Translations under genes and position numbers: made by a program
Virus record (IMG/VR): IMGVR_UViG_3300035183_000733
Coordinates: 124,001-188,000 of that record
Strand: one strand, 5' to 3'
DNA: 64,000 nucleotides
The notes under the pieces: model-generated
Database searches by the model: none
What the model saw: the letters and a program-made list of their open reading frames with translations, nothing else
Told to the model about the DNA's origin: nothing
Shown: one piece after another, positions 27,301 to 36,929 of the stretch
Position numbering within the stretch: position 1 is the first letter of the stretch
How the letters are laid out: every line of letters starts with the position of its first letter

Positions 27301-27572
27301 TTATTTGTGTTTCTTTGCGTCTTTGTCGAACCTCGAGTGCTACTTCTTCATCTTCTTCAGCGCGTCGAGCTTTACCGTCTTTACAAACTTGCCCTTGTCG
27401 TATATGCTGTACGTGCCGAGCGTCTTGCCCGGCTTGTACGTGTCGACGATATTGTTCATTATAGGGTCACTTTGTAAATTATAGAGTTATCCTCGAACAT
27501 ACCATGCACCTCCTCTATCTTGGAGCGGCTCGCCTCGTTCAGTTTGCTGAATTCTTTAAAATTGTGGATCAT
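27301..27572 (-). pseudogene. CTS-bearing gene with -1 homopolymer frameshift and internal TAG
   Basis: MIHNFKEFSKLNE..KVT; one extra base in the G3 run at 27464-27466 continues PIMNNIVDTYKPG..KKMKK*(27340-27342)HSRFDKDAKKHK. Confidence 0.45.
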
Positions 27573-27590
27573 GACTCGTTTATTATTTTC

Positions 27591-28394
27591 TTATATATCA
27601 TCGTCCTCTACGGGATTCTTGAAGTTAACGGTGCCTGATTGCAGGCGCGCGAGCAATTTCGACACAGCAAGGTTCTTGTCCATTCCGGCCTTCTTTGCTG
27701 AGGCCTTTGGCTGGGGCATGAATCTTCTGTTGGGTGAGCCGGCGAGCTTCTTCCCTGTTATTTCTACCAGGTTCTCTGCCATGTCCCGGAGCCCCGTTAC
27801 TTTCAGCACGGATTGCGGCACGTTCTTCTCGATCCACCCGATTGCGGTTTTTTCGTCCACGTCGAACGCATCCTTGCCGGGTCCCGGGTCTTTCGTCTTT
27901 ACCTCGCCGAATTCGACAGCTATCGCCATCTGGACCGCCTTCAGTATGTCTATTGGGCCGAGCCCGGGTATGTTGAGGTTGTACGCCTGTATCTTGGCGT
28001 TGGGGGCTATCATGTACGCAGTCGTCCACCTGTGGTGGCCGTCTATGATGTACTTGCCGTTGGCTATTATTATAGGGTTGTCCATTGACAGTACTTTGTT
28101 TGCGGCTATGTCCCTGGCGAATTCGGGCATCTTCTCGAGCGAGTCGTCCAGCGATAGTTCCGATTGCGTCGGTGTGAGCGAGCTAATAGTTACAGCTATT
28201 TCATCGGCAGATACCACCTCGTCGTGCTTGAGCCCGTCGAGCTTGCCTGCCGCCATTACGGATAGGACCCTCGGATTGCTGACCGCGTCTTTCAGTTCCT
28301 TTACGAATTTTTCGTAAGGCAGCGACATGAGCTTCTTTATCTCGTCTCCGGCCAGGCTCTCGTTCAGCTGATTAAATTTCTTGAGGTGCCTCAT
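27591..28394 (-). CDS. ParB/Srx-like domain protein with CTS-like N-terminus
   Basis: MRHLKKFNQLNE; LTPTQ...PIIIANGKYIIDGHHRW. Confidence 0.7.
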   Translation of the reverse strand: MRHLKKFNQLNESLAGDEIKKLMSLPYEKFVKELKDAVSNPRVLSVMAAGKLDGLKHDEVVSADEIAVTISSLTPTQSELSLDDSLEKMPEFARDIAANKVLSMDNPIIIANGKYIIDGHHRWTTAYMIAPNAKIQAYNLNIPGLGPIDILKAVQMAIAVEFGEVKTKDPGPGKDAFDVDEKTAIGWIEKNVPQSVLKVTGLRDMAENLVEITGKKLAGSPNRRFMPQPKASAKKAGMDKNLAVSKLLARLQSGTVNFKNPVEDDDI

Positions 28395-28945
28395 TAGTCG
28401 CGTTTTACTATTAGGTCCATCTTGTTGAATCTGAACGTTGCATCGAACGTCTTGAACTCCGGCTGGTTGTCGGAGTAACTCAGCTGTATCTCGGATATTC
28501 CGGTCAGCACGAGCTTGTTGAACCTCGCGGTCATTATGATGTGGCCCTCCTGGTTGAGGAAGTCGATGTTGAGGTCGTCGAAGTACGGCGGGTTCTCCTC
28601 GAGGACCTCGAGGTACTTGAGCGCGTTCTCCATGAATATCCAGTAGTTGATGTATCCGTCGAGCGCCTTCATCGTCACCGTCATGTCGCGGGTGAACAGG
28701 TCGTACACGGGCTTGGAGTTCTTGTAGTTCTGCTCCTTGCCGAACTTCCTTGTCTGCGACACTGGCTCCATGCTGAGGCTCGGGAACGTAACCGACTGAA
28801 CGTGCGCGTTCATCATGGTGTGCACCGTGTCGAACGGTAGCGGGTTGCGCTTCACATACGGCAAGTACTTGTCCTCGATGTCCTTGTCGAAGAAACCCCT
28901 CGGGAAGTTGAAGATAAAATTACTGCTCCTGCTATTGATAATCAT
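28394..28945 (-). CDS. tail-tube/baseplate-junction-like virion protein (tentative)
   Basis: QSVTFPSLSMEP..., ISEIQLSYSD..FKTFDATFRF, reminiscent of gp19/gp48/gp54-type folds. Confidence 0.4.
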   Translation of the reverse strand: MIINSRSSNFIFNFPRGFFDKDIEDKYLPYVKRNPLPFDTVHTMMNAHVQSVTFPSLSMEPVSQTRKFGKEQNYKNSKPVYDLFTRDMTVTMKALDGYINYWIFMENALKYLEVLEENPPYFDDLNIDFLNQEGHIIMTARFNKLVLTGISEIQLSYSDNQPEFKTFDATFRFNKMDLIVKRD

Positions 28946-28956
28946 CTACGTCGTTG

Positions 28957-31053
28957 TTACTTTGACTCTGAGTTGCCCTTGCTCTTTACCTCGACCTTTG
29001 TCTTGACCGGGGCCACCGGAGCCACCTGCGCGACTATCGATGTCTGCAGCGTTACCACAGCGGGTTTGACGCCCGGTATCTGCGCCTGGATCTCGTTGGC
29101 CGTTACCGGATTAAGGTTGGAGGGCAACTTGATGCCGCCTTCTATCACAGGCTTCAGTTCATTCTTCACGTCGACCGTGCCCGTCGTTGTCTTTACCGAG
29201 CCGGCCTTTATCTGATGTAGAGCGGCCTCGAGCGCCTTGTTCTTCGCCTCGAGCGTGCGGATGACCTCCTCGCTCTTTGCGTTAGTGGAGGACTTCTTGG
29301 CTATCTTGTCTTCGTTCGCCTGGTATTGCGCGCGTTCGTCCACGTGGTAGAACTTGCCCTGGTATATCGTCGTCTCTGATCCGTCTGGAAATCTCGACGT
29401 TATCCAGAATTGTCTGTTCGACGACTTGAGGATCGTCTCCGCATCGGATCCCTGCACCTTGTACACGAGGTCACCCTTGGTCGGATCTCCTATTACGGAT
29501 TCGGGGAGATGGGGGAACCTGAGCTTCTCGCCGTTGTCGTTTATGAACACGAGGAAGTACTCCGCGTTCATGCCGAGGTCGAGCGGCACTGGGACTCCGC
29601 CGGTTGATTTCTCCGTCCTGAGTATTGTGAACTTGAAGAAGTTGTCGAACGGCGCCAGTATTATTCCCGCTTCGCCTTGCCCGTAAACGGTCGACGACGC
29701 AGCAGTCTTGTCCGCCCTGAGCTGTCCATTCTGGTCGAGGAACACCGTCTCCTTCGACACCGTCATTATGGACCTGTCGAAGAACGCCGGGGCGACCTTC
29801 GTATTAACCGGAACCACCTCCGTCACCGTGTTCAAGAACGCCTCGTTCTGCATCACTGGGCCGGACACAATCTTGTTGTACACCTTCAGGGGCTCTGGCT
29901 CGTTGAGGAGCTGGATCTTCTGTATGTACCTGCCCCACATCTTGGGGTTGTAGCTCGTGACGCTCGCGACCCTGATGATCTGCATGGAGTCGAACTTGTT
30001 GTACATCCTGACGGTGTATTCTATGGTGAAGCTGAATGCCGTAGCAGCGTTTAGTATGACCGGTCTAAACAGGTTCGGCCGGTCGAACGCGTCCTCCTGT
30101 ATGGACTGCACACGAGCGGTCGTCTTGAAGTTGCTGCCTATCTGCTCTATGACTTGTATCTCGTGTATGACCACCCAGTTGTTCCCCGGAAGCGCGTTGG
30201 CGTTGAATATGAAGTCCTCGATGAACCCGCCGTCCCATGAGGCGAAGTACTCGTAGTAGTCGCCACCGTTGCTCTCTTGTATCACAGCGCTGAGGCTCGC
30301 GTACTCGTCGGCCTGGTTTATGGCCACCGTCTTTGATGGTCCCGTGTTGTAGATATTGTACCTCGCCGCACCGACCTTCTGCGCAGTGGTGCTAACGATG
30401 TTGGTCGCAGTTATCTCGATTGGTGCGCCGCGGAGAAGTCCCATGCCATTGCTGGTTATCTTCGCGATAAGTGTGTTGACCTGCGACGGGTTGCCCTCAA
30501 GTGAGTAGTATATGTCGTTGTTGAGCTTGACGCTCGGTATCTTCACCACGAGGTACTTGTCGTACAACCTATCTCCGAGGAATATCGGTTTCGGATTGTA
30601 CTCGAACCAGTCGCCGTCCTTCAGGAACACGACCTCCATCATTGTCAGCTTCTTGCCGGATCGCTCGCTCGCTTTCACGTCGAGTATGACGCCGTCGAGC
30701 CCTTCAAAGTTGTACCCAGCAAGCAGGTGGAATATCACCGTGTCGTACGGGACATTAGCCGCCGTCACCGTGGATACGGCGAGCTGCGTGTCGTAGCTGA
30801 GCCAGTCCGGAACCTGGTCCTTGTCGAGGTCGGCGTGCTTTGCGGGCGATATTTTGATCGCGCTGCGCTCGCGCACGTTGTTGGTGACGGTCGTTGCCGA
30901 GTCCTGGTTCAGGATCTGGTTCTCGCCGGTGTGCCCGTTGATTACCTTCGTCAATGTATAGCTGAGGTTCTCTGGTAGCACGGGGTCCGTGTACCTGAAC
31001 TCCATGAGGATGAAGTCGGTCAGCTGAATGAACTTGCTTGTGTAGTTTGCCAT
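28957..31053 (-). CDS. large virion structural protein (putative)
   Basis: 698-aa beta-rich ORF in the structural context. Confidence 0.6.
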   Translation of the reverse strand: MANYTSKFIQLTDFILMEFRYTDPVLPENLSYTLTKVINGHTGENQILNQDSATTVTNNVRERSAIKISPAKHADLDKDQVPDWLSYDTQLAVSTVTAANVPYDTVIFHLLAGYNFEGLDGVILDVKASERSGKKLTMMEVVFLKDGDWFEYNPKPIFLGDRLYDKYLVVKIPSVKLNNDIYYSLEGNPSQVNTLIAKITSNGMGLLRGAPIEITATNIVSTTAQKVGAARYNIYNTGPSKTVAINQADEYASLSAVIQESNGGDYYEYFASWDGGFIEDFIFNANALPGNNWVVIHEIQVIEQIGSNFKTTARVQSIQEDAFDRPNLFRPVILNAATAFSFTIEYTVRMYNKFDSMQIIRVASVTSYNPKMWGRYIQKIQLLNEPEPLKVYNKIVSGPVMQNEAFLNTVTEVVPVNTKVAPAFFDRSIMTVSKETVFLDQNGQLRADKTAASSTVYGQGEAGIILAPFDNFFKFTILRTEKSTGGVPVPLDLGMNAEYFLVFINDNGEKLRFPHLPESVIGDPTKGDLVYKVQGSDAETILKSSNRQFWITSRFPDGSETTIYQGKFYHVDERAQYQANEDKIAKKSSTNAKSEEVIRTLEAKNKALEAALHQIKAGSVKTTTGTVDVKNELKPVIEGGIKLPSNLNPVTANEIQAQIPGVKPAVVTLQTSIVAQVAPVAPVKTKVEVKSKGNSESK

Positions 31054-31056
31054 CTT

Positions 31057-31155
31057 TTATAATATTTTATGTTCCCACAGGAATCCACCTGCTTGCTTGA
31101 TTTTGCCAGAACATGTCGAATCTGTCCTAATAATTTTTTCCGCCTCTATTTCTAT
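31057..31155 (-). pseudogene. NUMOD1 (homing endonuclease C-terminal) remnant
   Basis: ..STCSGKIKQAGGFLWEHKIL* with no start codon. Confidence 0.6.
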
Positions 31156-31157
31156 TT

Positions 31158-31967
31158 TTAAAATTGTATAGGGTCATAAGATAATCCTATCCCAATAAAT
31201 GGTCCTATCTTCATGTTGCCGCGGAGGTCGCTGCCGATGCCGAACCCAATCTGTGGTCCGATGCCGAAACGCTTCTTCTTCGCGACCGGTGTCGTTAGGT
31301 CCGGCTTCTTCGGTATCAATATCACGCCGTCGAGGTCGTTGAACTTAACAAGCGGTGATCCGGATCTTGCCCACACCTCGTAGTTGTCCTTGTTCTCCTT
31401 GAATCCCATGACCAGCTTTACCTTCATGTTGTTCTCAAATATGGTAGTCGTGCTCGAGAATATCGTGTTGTTGTCGAGCTTAAACTTGCTCTCGCCCCTG
31501 AGGTTCCACACGAGCGCGCTGTCCGCGTAAGTGTCCTTGAACGTCAGTCCGTATGTCTTGCCGTCCGGGTACCTCACAAGGTCATTCGATATTGTGATCT
31601 CTCCGCGGTCCACGCCGACGCCGGCCTTGACGAGGCTCTTGACCGTGCCTATCTCCTTCTTGAGCTCGGAGTACAAGTCGTTGTTCAGCTTCTCGAGGTC
31701 TTCCACCTTGGTGACGAACGAGCTCTTGACTGCCTCGAGTTCACCGGCGCGGTTCTTCATGTAGCGAACGGAGTCGTTGAGCGCCCTGATGTTCTGCGCG
31801 TTGACGAGCTCCTGTCTCTTCATCTCGTCCTTCAGTTGCGCCTGTTTCTGACATCCTCTGAAATAGAACATGACGAGCAGTACAATTGCCGCTATCATCA
31901 AAAACTGTCTTTTGTTGGGGTTGCGGACCCAATCCATCAACCAATTAAATACGCTCGATGTATTCAT
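31158..31967 (-). CDS. membrane-anchored coiled-coil protein, spanin-like candidate
   Basis: N-terminal TM, coiled coil, C-terminal KKKRFGIGPQIGFG..PFIGIGLSYDPIQF beta-hairpin. Confidence 0.5.
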   Translation of the reverse strand: MNTSSVFNWLMDWVRNPNKRQFLMIAAIVLLVMFYFRGCQKQAQLKDEMKRQELVNAQNIRALNDSVRYMKNRAGELEAVKSSFVTKVEDLEKLNNDLYSELKKEIGTVKSLVKAGVGVDRGEITISNDLVRYPDGKTYGLTFKDTYADSALVWNLRGESKFKLDNNTIFSSTTTIFENNMKVKLVMGFKENKDNYEVWARSGSPLVKFNDLDGVILIPKKPDLTTPVAKKKRFGIGPQIGFGIGSDLRGNMKIGPFIGIGLSYDPIQF

Positions 31968-32241
31968 TGTCTTGTGCTTTATTTTGTGTTTCTTCTACCC
32001 ATTCCAAAGTGCGCGGGTCCAGCTTGCCGGGTCCGTATTTGAAGGCCATGTTGACCATCATCATTTCCTCGTCTGCCCTCGCGAGATCGAGCTCAGTGAC
32101 GAGCATCTCCTTCCTCTCCTGCATCTCCTTCAGCTGCGACTCCAGGTCCATTATCTTGCCGTGCAGGTCCTTGTAGTTCGTCAACTTTTCTATTATGGCG
32201 GCGAGGTCGTCCGCGGATAACTTTTTCCTAATCTGATCCAT
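31945..32241 (-). CDS. small coiled-coil protein
   Basis: 98 aa with heptad pattern; AATATATA motif upstream. Confidence 0.6.
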   Translation of the reverse strand: MDQIRKKLSADDLAAIIEKLTNYKDLHGKIMDLESQLKEMQERKEMLVTELDLARADEEMMMVNMAFKYGPGKLDPRTLEWVEETQNKAQDNEYIERI

Positions 32242-32343
32242 GTTCTGCCTATTTTCTTATATATTCGTATCAAAATAGGCACCCATGGACTTTACAAGGT
32301 CGAAAGTTGCAAGCTCAGAGACAACCACACATGGGGCGATTTC

Positions 32344-32697
32344 GTGCTCGAGGACCTCGGAGAAGGCAAGGGCCAGATAATGATAAACTCAGACTACGGC
32401 ACCTGGACGTACTACTGGGGCGCGATGGACAAGGGCATCAGAGAATTCCTTATCGGCTGCGACACGTCGTACCTGATGGGCAAGTTCGGCGGTGCCAGGA
32501 CATGGTTCGATTCGGAGGCCACGAGACAGAACTTCAAGAACACGCTCGACGAGAGCCTTAAGAACGGGGAACTAACCAAGGAGGATCACGAGGAGCTCAT
32601 GGAGGAGATCGACAACTCGGATTTCAACTCCGCGGCAAAGACAGAGCGACGGTCAATTGACGAATTTGACAATTCACTTTTTGCCAAAGGAATCTGA
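32344..32697 (+). CDS. hypothetical phage protein, possibly truncated at both ends
   Basis: SDYGTWTYYWGAM..FL..CDTSYL core; frame stays open upstream without a clean ATG. Confidence 0.5.
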   Translation: MLEDLGEGKGQIMINSDYGTWTYYWGAMDKGIREFLIGCDTSYLMGKFGGARTWFDSEATRQNFKNTLDESLKNGELTKEDHEELMEEIDNSDFNSAAKTERRSIDEFDNSLFAKGI

Positions 32698-32730
32698 TGT
32701 CGCGTTGCATCCTAACATAAAAACAGAAAA

Positions 32731-33711
32731 ATGAAATTAAAAGTCCTATTCCCGTGCAACCCGCTTGAGAACAAGCAGGTCGACCCGGATTACCAAAGCG
32801 AATTCGCCGCGGTCAAGTTACTCGGGGGCGAGGTTCGTCTGTTCGATTTTGACGTCTTCAAGAAGGCCGTTCGCACGGCCGAGGAAGCCGACGGTGGTTC
32901 ACCAGAGTTCAAGGAGGCGCTCGCCGAAATGACAATGTCGTTCCAGGACGGCAACCCCGGTAAAGAGTCGGTCGACTGGGTATACCGTGGCTGGATGATG
33001 ACGCCAACCGAGTACGAGTACTTCTACGACGCATGCAACGACCTTGGAATGAAGTTGCTGAACTCGCCAACGCAGTACGTGGCGTGCCACATGTACCCGC
33101 TCGTACACAACTACATAAAGGAGTACGCCATCGACACGTACATCCAGGAGGAGACAGGCGACCAGTTCGACTACGAGAAGATGCGCAGTTACTTCGAGAA
33201 CAAGTACGGCGGGCTGACGCTCGACCGCAAAGTGTTCGTCAAGGACTGGGTTAAATCCGCCAAGGAAACAGAGAACGCGTCCGTCATACAGGACTGGGAG
33301 GACGAAGCGGCAGCGAGGCAGACTGTTTCGAACATGCGCGCCGAGCGCGGGAATAGCTTCAACGAGGGCTACGTGTTCAAGAAGTACGTGGACTTCCGCA
33401 AGCGCCCCGACGGCAAGCCAGAGGAGTGGCGGGCATTCTTCGTTTACGACAGGCTCGTGAGCTTCTCGCCCACGCACGGGGTTGGAAGCTTGGACATAGC
33501 GCCGCCGCAGTGGCTGCTCGATATTGCCAAGAGGATACCGAGCGACTTCTACACAATAGACATCGGGATGCTTAACGATGGCGAGCTCGTGATAATAGAG
33601 ACCGGAGACGGAGGAGTGTCCGGATTGTCTCCAGATCAGCTCCCGGTATCTTTCTACTCGTCCGTATTATCGAAACTCGAGGAACACACTGTGCTCGTAA
33701 GAGAGAATTGA
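32731..33711 (+). CDS. ATP-grasp protein (DUF4343/R2K-type)
   Basis: VYRGWMM, VFVKDWVKSAK, VFKKYVDF, EEWRAFF, FYTIDIG..VIIETGDGGVSGL. Confidence 0.75.
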   Translation: MKLKVLFPCNPLENKQVDPDYQSEFAAVKLLGGEVRLFDFDVFKKAVRTAEEADGGSPEFKEALAEMTMSFQDGNPGKESVDWVYRGWMMTPTEYEYFYDACNDLGMKLLNSPTQYVACHMYPLVHNYIKEYAIDTYIQEETGDQFDYEKMRSYFENKYGGLTLDRKVFVKDWVKSAKETENASVIQDWEDEAAARQTVSNMRAERGNSFNEGYVFKKYVDFRKRPDGKPEEWRAFFVYDRLVSFSPTHGVGSLDIAPPQWLLDIAKRIPSDFYTIDIGMLNDGELVIIETGDGGVSGLSPDQLPVSFYSSVLSKLEEHTVLVREN

Positions 33712-33781
33712 TATGAATATATTTGAAACAATTAAAGAACATAATTGAGGCGATGATTTCGCCCACGCCACTGATATAACA

Positions 33782-34795
33782 ATGGGAGGATCACTATCAA
33801 ACAAGAGGCTCGAGGCCCAAGAATTCGAACAGCTGACTATGAGGCTTGGACAGCGTCTGTGTAAAATACTCATACCGGCCGGAGTCATGTGGATGATGGT
33901 CCCGTATTATCGAAAGAAGAAGGATTTCGGCGACGTCGACTACGTGGTGAAGGCCGATGCCGGGGACATAATCCCGCTCGTCGAACAGGAGTTCAACCCG
34001 GAGTCCATGCTCGTGAACGACGGCATAATATCATTCACGTTCGAGGGGTTCCAGGTGGACCTTATATGCACCTCTAAAAATTTCGATACCTCCGTCGCAT
34101 ACTTCAGCTACAACGACATAGGCAACCTGCTCGGCAGGATATACCGCAAGCTCGGGCTGAAGTTCGGCCACGAGGGCCTGCTGTATCCGTTGCGCGACGA
34201 ACGGGGCTCTGTGCGCAAGAACATAGTCGTGTCCACCGAGATGATAAAAATACTCGGGTTCATAGGGTGCAGCTACAAGACGTGGTCCGAGGGATTCAGC
34301 ACAATGGAGCAGATGTTCCGGTTCGTGGCGTCCAGCCAGTACTTCGACAGGTCCATATACGAGGGCGAGCTGTCCGCCATAAACAAGAAGCGAGACAAGA
34401 AGCGCAAGACGTTCAGCTACTTCTTGAACTGGCTCGAGATAGCACAACCGGACAACAGGTACGCATTCAAGTCAAGGGACGCCCGGGACGAGTACATACC
34501 GTCGATAGAGGCGTATTTCGGGGTATCCATAGAGGATCAGCGCAAGGAGCTCGAAGCCGAGCTCGCCAAGGAGTCCAGGTTCAAAGAGAAGTTCAACGGC
34601 GATTTGCTGATGATGCTGACGCCACTGAAGGGCCTACATCTTGGCCAGTTTGTCGGCATGTACAAGAAGAAGATGCTCGGTATCGAAGGCGAACTGACGA
34701 AAGACCACAATGACGCGTTCGAGGACCTCATCCTATCCATGGAGCAGGACGACATAAATATGAGCGTGATAAACTTTTACGACGGGATAAAATGA
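33782..34795 (+). CDS. PolX/pol-beta-like nucleotidyltransferase
   Basis: KDFGDVDYVV, FQVDLI, YFSYNDIGNLLG..KLGLKFGHEGL. Confidence 0.65.
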   Translation: MGGSLSNKRLEAQEFEQLTMRLGQRLCKILIPAGVMWMMVPYYRKKKDFGDVDYVVKADAGDIIPLVEQEFNPESMLVNDGIISFTFEGFQVDLICTSKNFDTSVAYFSYNDIGNLLGRIYRKLGLKFGHEGLLYPLRDERGSVRKNIVVSTEMIKILGFIGCSYKTWSEGFSTMEQMFRFVASSQYFDRSIYEGELSAINKKRDKKRKTFSYFLNWLEIAQPDNRYAFKSRDARDEYIPSIEAYFGVSIEDQRKELEAELAKESRFKEKFNGDLLMMLTPLKGLHLGQFVGMYKKKMLGIEGELTKDHNDAFEDLILSMEQDDINMSVINFYDGIK

Positions 34796-35043
34796 ATCAG
34801 ATCAACCAAAGGCTGAGGGACTTCATGAAGTCGGACCTCAAGGACATGCTGTCCAAGTGCACGCCTGGCGAACAACACCGCTTCAAGCAAATGTACTCTC
34901 ACAAAAACCTGGACATCGACATCAATACGGCCGTGGATAATTTCGTCGACGGCAATGGGATGTCCACACCCGACCTGCTGTGGAAGATCAACAATGCGAT
35001 GAACCAATGCGAGAGGACGATTAAGAAGAAGATTGAAGCATGA
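34792..35043 (+). CDS. hypothetical protein
   Basis: 83-aa ATGA-coupled ORF. Confidence 0.6.
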   Translation: MNQINQRLRDFMKSDLKDMLSKCTPGEQHRFKQMYSHKNLDIDINTAVDNFVDGNGMSTPDLLWKINNAMNQCERTIKKKIEA

Positions 35044-35300
35044 TACTTATAGGCAGCCGTGCCATAAAGGAACACTTCCCTGATTTCAAACGTACGCACC
35101 ACCGGTGGTGGCGAGGGAGATCGCGAGCACGTCGAGCGCGTAGTACACGTACATTTTCCGGCACGACCTGTACATCCGATACACTGGATTTTACTGCAGC
35201 CAGGAGGGCACAGAGTGGGACTCGGATTTTGAGCAGGTGTTCCCGCGCAAAATAATCACAACTAATCCGCCGCCGAACGAGGTGATAAAACAGACGAAGC
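35040..35300 (+). pseudogene. chimeric remnant: NTase-like N-terminus joined to a frameshifted paralog of 35301-35690
   Basis: MILIGSRAIKEHFPDFKR breaks off after ~19 codons; downstream fragments read GGGEGDREHVERVV and DLYIRYTGFYCS; 17-bp identity gagcacgtcgagcgcgt at 35125 and 35514. Confidence 0.55.
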
Positions 35301-35690
35301 ATGAATACAGAATTGGGACAGCAGATAGTCGACTTCCTATACGCGCTCGCGGACGAGCGCGAGAAGGACATCCGGTGGGTAATCGAGAACTGGATAGACG
35401 ATGAGATCGACGAGGACCCGGAAGATGAGGACAACATCATAATACAGAAGATCGAGAAGATGTTCGGTAAGATGGAGTTTGTATCGTCCGACGGCGGTCA
35501 CGAGGGTGGAGGAGAGCACGTCGAGCGCGTGATCAGATTCGGCGACGTTCACATTCGTTTCACCGGGTACTACGACAGTAATAACGGTATAGAATTCGAT
35601 GGAGGATTCGAATACGTGTTGCCTCGCAGGACTCTCAAGATGGTGTACGAAACGCCAGATGAACGAGGCGACAAAAAAGACGAAGTTTAG
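35301..35690 (+). CDS. acidic hypothetical protein
   Basis: 129 aa; GGHEGGGEHVERV..IRFTGYYDSNNG. Confidence 0.6.
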   Translation: MNTELGQQIVDFLYALADEREKDIRWVIENWIDDEIDEDPEDEDNIIIQKIEKMFGKMEFVSSDGGHEGGGEHVERVIRFGDVHIRFTGYYDSNNGIEFDGGFEYVLPRRTLKMVYETPDERGDKKDEV

Positions 35691-36637
35691 TACTGCTTGG
35701 ACGTGGTGCCGTCCTTGTATATTATTATCTTCAGGCCGGGCTCTGTCAACTGGACTTCCCTTCCGAGCACGTCCGTTATTTTCAAGATCTCCTTTACTGG
35801 GGCCGCTGGGTTATTGACCACAATAATCCCGGAGTAGTCAAAAACGCCGTTAAAGTCGACTTGCCTGAACCTGTAGTAGTTGAATCCCCTCTGGTACTTG
35901 TTGTCCACGAAGGAGTAGTTGGTAGTTGTATGACTGTTGCCGGCGCCGTTCACCGTTCCTATGACCGTCCAGTTTATTCCGTCTGTGCTGCGCTCGATCT
36001 CGAACCTGTCGTTGTTTATCTCGGTGGCACAAGACCATTTTAGTAGATTGCCCGTGTCGGTAGCTACGCCCTCAAATGATAGTAGTTCTATCGGCAGTAT
36101 CGAGCACGAGAACGTGGCAGTCGTGTTGTACGCGCCCCAGTTCCAGTTCAAGTTAAATCCACTGTTGGCAGAAAAGTTGTCCACAAGTATTATGTACGAC
36201 TCCCCGGAATTGACCGTCATGGCCATCACCCATCTGTCGCCGAACACGTCTTCCGATAAATCGAGCGCGCCATTGCCAACTCCGGTGTTACCGCCTCCTG
36301 CTGCATAAGAACACCTCAATGGCGCTGTTGTCGGAGGGCAAGCTGGTGATGTACCCCACACAGCGAAATCGAAATCGTCCGAGTTCACATTTGGGTTTAT
36401 ACGAAACACCATTGTGCCGCCAGTGAGTATGTTAACCTGCAGCCACACCGAACGGTGCTCTATGCCGAGGCACCCGCGGTTCGTAGCGTTCAGCTCTTGT
36501 ACGCCAGCATTACTTGGCGTGAAAGTGAAGGTGCTCGTGTTAAACAAGCAGTACGCTGGACAATCGCTCGACTGTCCGTACGATACTAATACCGCAAGCA
36601 GGAATCCTATTATCGTTATTATTCTCTTAAACTTCAT
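35687..36637 (-). CDS. secreted protein with T9SS-type C-terminal region
   Basis: Signal peptide ..VSYG-Q; LPIELLSFEG..ATEINNDRFEIERS..YYRFRQVDFNG domain; short CTD ITDVLGREV..IIIYKDGTTSK. Confidence 0.75.
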   Translation of the reverse strand: MKFKRIITIIGFLLAVLVSYGQSSDCPAYCLFNTSTFTFTPSNAGVQELNATNRGCLGIEHRSVWLQVNILTGGTMVFRINPNVNSDDFDFAVWGTSPACPPTTAPLRCSYAAGGGNTGVGNGALDLSEDVFGDRWVMAMTVNSGESYIILVDNFSANSGFNLNWNWGAYNTTATFSCSILPIELLSFEGVATDTGNLLKWSCATEINNDRFEIERSTDGINWTVIGTVNGAGNSHTTTNYSFVDNKYQRGFNYYRFRQVDFNGVFDYSGIIVVNNPAAPVKEILKITDVLGREVQLTEPGLKIIIYKDGTTSKQY

Positions 36638-36927
36638 TTGATTGCCCTTTCGAACTTATCCACTGTGTAACCATGCTGCGCTGATTCTGCGCTGAATGAG
36701 CTATCACCCACAAGAACGTACGACTCAAATTTGAACAGGTCAGTAGTGTCATTGAATATTGGGAACGTCTCGAACCTGTACCTAATGTATTCAGTAGCTT
36801 CCTTAGCACTGCCTATGTTGTCAACACCAGCAAGCCCAATGGTGTATTCGTACTTAGGTTTCTGCGGCGTCGGCAGAGTGAACCCAAGCGTGACCATAAC
36901 AGTTAGAAATGATAAAATGTACTTCAT
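36634..36927 (-). CDS. small secreted protein
   Basis: N-terminal signal-like hydrophobic stretch. Confidence 0.55.
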   Translation of the reverse strand: MKYILSFLTVMVTLGFTLPTPQKPKYEYTIGLAGVDNIGSAKEATEYIRYRFETFPIFNDTTDLFKFESYVLVGDSSFSAESAQHGYTVDKFERAIK

Positions 36928-36929
36928 GC

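Noticed and set aside
6836-27342. TAG-to-Gln stop-codon reassignment (in-frame TAG at 6911 and 27340 with plausible continuations)
   Set aside because: ORFs of 1000-1800 aa contain no in-frame TAG, genes at 17784 and 35301 appear to end normally in TAG, and in-frame TAA lesions occur as well; point lesions explain it better
8161-27528. 17/18-nt match between 8161-8178 and 27511-27528
   Set aside because: A rough expectation of about one such match by chance in 64 kb; no flanking similarity
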